Below, piece by piece: positions 62,005 through 64,000 of a stretch of DNA of 64,000 bases (its first letter is position 1; each line of letters begins with the position of its first letter). The notes beneath the pieces were generated by a model. That model did not search any database and was not told where the DNA came from. It saw nothing but the letters and a program-made list of their open reading frames with translations. Both the position numbers and the translations under genes were made by a program. The stretch is from Eledone cirrhosa (taxonomy: Eukaryota): NCBI GenBank assembly GCA_964016885.1, contig OZ024743.1, positions 295,182,001-295,246,000 on the forward strand. Reading direction: 5' to 3'.

Positions 62005-62553
62005 AACCAGTAAGACCCCGACAGCTGAGCTCAAGCCGTTTCGACGGCTAATTCTAATTAGCCGTCGAAACGGCTTGAGCTCAGCTGTCGGGGTCTTACT
62101 GGTTCCTATTACCCACTCTACTACCTCAAGTATTGAGTACTTTGGTGCGTTATGGTCCACCTGGTTCCTTACCACATTTCCTTCGTTATATATATATATA
62201 TACATATGCGCGGGGACATAGAAATAATCGAGCTGGATACCCGATCGCTTGGTTAAACCACTGGGAGAAAGGACCCCTAGCCTTTGTTAGGGCATTCTCC
62301 TAGCAGAAGGGAACTCAGGAAACTGGGATAACTCCTACATAAAACCTGCAGCTCAGTAGTTACCTATGATGTGGATCTTTTCATCTTTTGGGGTTTTAAC
62401 TACTGTCGCTCAGAAAGTGAGATTGGATCAGTGCAGTCTTACCTCACTTTAAAAAATCTTCATGCACAGGCATTGCACGATAGCATTAATTGATAATTAT
62501 TAATAATGTTATATCGTGCAATACCATACTCGATTACGAGGGGGAAGTCATCA
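61756..62553 (+). mobile_element. RTE-derived bipartite element (subfamily B) interrupted by a fold-back element at 62000-62188
   Basis: Leader 61788-61945, UTR 62205-62480 and 3' end 62514-62553 match 62601-63216. Confidence 0.8.
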
Positions 62554-62600
62554 TGTGTATATGTATTCATGTATGTATGTATGTATGTATGTATATGTCG

Positions 62601-63216
62601 GGTCACTCTTGAGTGCTACTGGTAACATGTAACCCAGTACAACCTGTCGCATGGTCGGTCCGCCGGTGACTAAACCGGCAACCCCACGAAGTTTACTTGG
62701 TGAGGAGTGTGATTTTGGACACCCTGCAGGACAAAAAACAAAACCTGACAAAGGGCGGAAGAACTCATAAGAGTCAACGGTCATCCAAAAGTGTGTAAAT
62801 ATGTATATACACATGTACATATGTATGAATATGTGTATATACATGGGTGCATATATATACATGCGCGGAGACATGGAAATAATCGGGTTGTACACCCGAT
62901 CGCGCAGTTAAACCACTAGGAGTGAAGGACCCCCAGCCTTTGTCAGGGCATTATTCTAGGAGAAGGCAACCTTATGAAACTGGGATAACTCCGATATAAA
63001 ACCTGCGGCTCAGTAGTTACCTATGATGTTGATCATTTCTTCTTTTCGGGTTATAGCTACTGTCACTCAGAGTGTGGGATTGGCTCAGTGCACAGACTTT
63101 CCTCACTTTAAAAAATATCATTACGCACAGGCATTGCATGATAGAATTAATTAATAATTATTAATAATCGTATATCGTGCAATGGCCATACTCGATAACG
63201 AGGGGGCAGCCATCAT
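62601..63216 (+). mobile_element. Complete RTE-derived bipartite non-autonomous element (subfamily B)
   Basis: 5' ggtcactcttgagtg leader; LINE 5' UTR homology; 3' tcgtgcaatggccatactcgataacgagggggcagccatcat. Confidence 0.85.
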
Positions 63217-63236
63217 GTATTTATATATGTATGTCT

Positions 63237-64000
63237 GTACTTATTCTTTTGCTGAAACATGGTGTTGGTAACACACATATGCAGAATCATACCATTGATG
63301 TGACACTTTCCAAAACCATGCCTTCCGATTACAGTCTATGTGTTAAACTCTCGACCCACTACCATTAAAGTTACCCAGCACGATGACGTTCTGTGCCTGA
63401 GATATATTTTTATAACATGTTTCAAATCGTGGTAGAAAGATACTTTTTCCTCATCAATAGAATTTATAGTTGGAGTATACACAGTCGCCAGGGTCGCATA
63501 CCTTCCTTTATCCAACGGAATTCTCATGGACATAAGACGCTCACTAAACCCCACTGGGAATTCTTCCAACTTAAACACAAGAGCAGTCTTAACAGCAAAT
63601 GCTACTCGAGCCTCTCTTCTAATCCCTTCATCTCTCCCTTTCCAAAAGAATGTATATTTTCCACAAAATTCCTCTTAAGCTGAAATGATCGTAATAAATG
63701 GAGAAAGACTGTACATAAGGGAAAAGTTGCTTTTGAAGCATCTCGAATTGCATACGAGAAAGTGAAAAGAGATGTCAGGAAAGGCATTGCTGTTAGATTT
63801 CCAGACAGCGAAGGTCATCTTATGGCATTGACATGCAGCGTCTGTGCAAGACTCTGCCTCAGCAAAGCGGGACTCAAAAGTCATCTTGGCAGTCATATAG
63901 TGAGACCAGTGGTTGACTACCAGGCTGCTGTCGAAGATGCTACTCATCATATCTGTCAAGCATGTGAAAGAGAGCGTAGATCAGCAGGAGGGGTTAAACG
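63237..64000. mobile_element. Inverted/deleted copy of the RTE LINE: APE segment on minus (63237-63675), C-terminal segment on plus (63680-64000)
   Basis: 63336..63578- is homologous to KLEEFPVG.SERLMSMR; 63687+ matches LINE 14390-14705. Confidence 0.85.

Overview
AT-rich, microsatellite-saturated eukaryotic genomic DNA. It is most likely an octopod cephalopod, inferred from repeated SINE fragments resembling the common octopus SINE family, an RTE LINE with C2H2 fingers and a heavy (TA)n load. I found no convincing host protein-coding gene; most ORFs in the track are microsatellite translation artefacts. The window is a retroelement graveyard: at least 7 Penelope-like (PLE; RT + GIY-YIG) copies from about 3 lineages, one RTE LINE with an uninterrupted 1177-aa ORF, a decayed full-length R4/Dong element, Tx1/L1, CRE-like and RTE fragments, RTE-derived bipartite non-autonomous elements, SINEs and Helitron-like non-autonomous elements. 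The dominant signal not explained by ORFs is RNA-level. About 25 type-I hammerhead ribozyme motifs (CUGANGA...GAAA...UH) were read by eye on both strands. Most sit in fold-back (palindromic) PLE-derived units of 0.1-5 kb, with tails pointing outward into (TA)n tracts. These include tiny ORF-less double-hammerhead palindromes and a family whose four copies share a non-canonical CAGAAGA core. All structures were folded by eye, none were computed, and coordinates are approximate at element ends.
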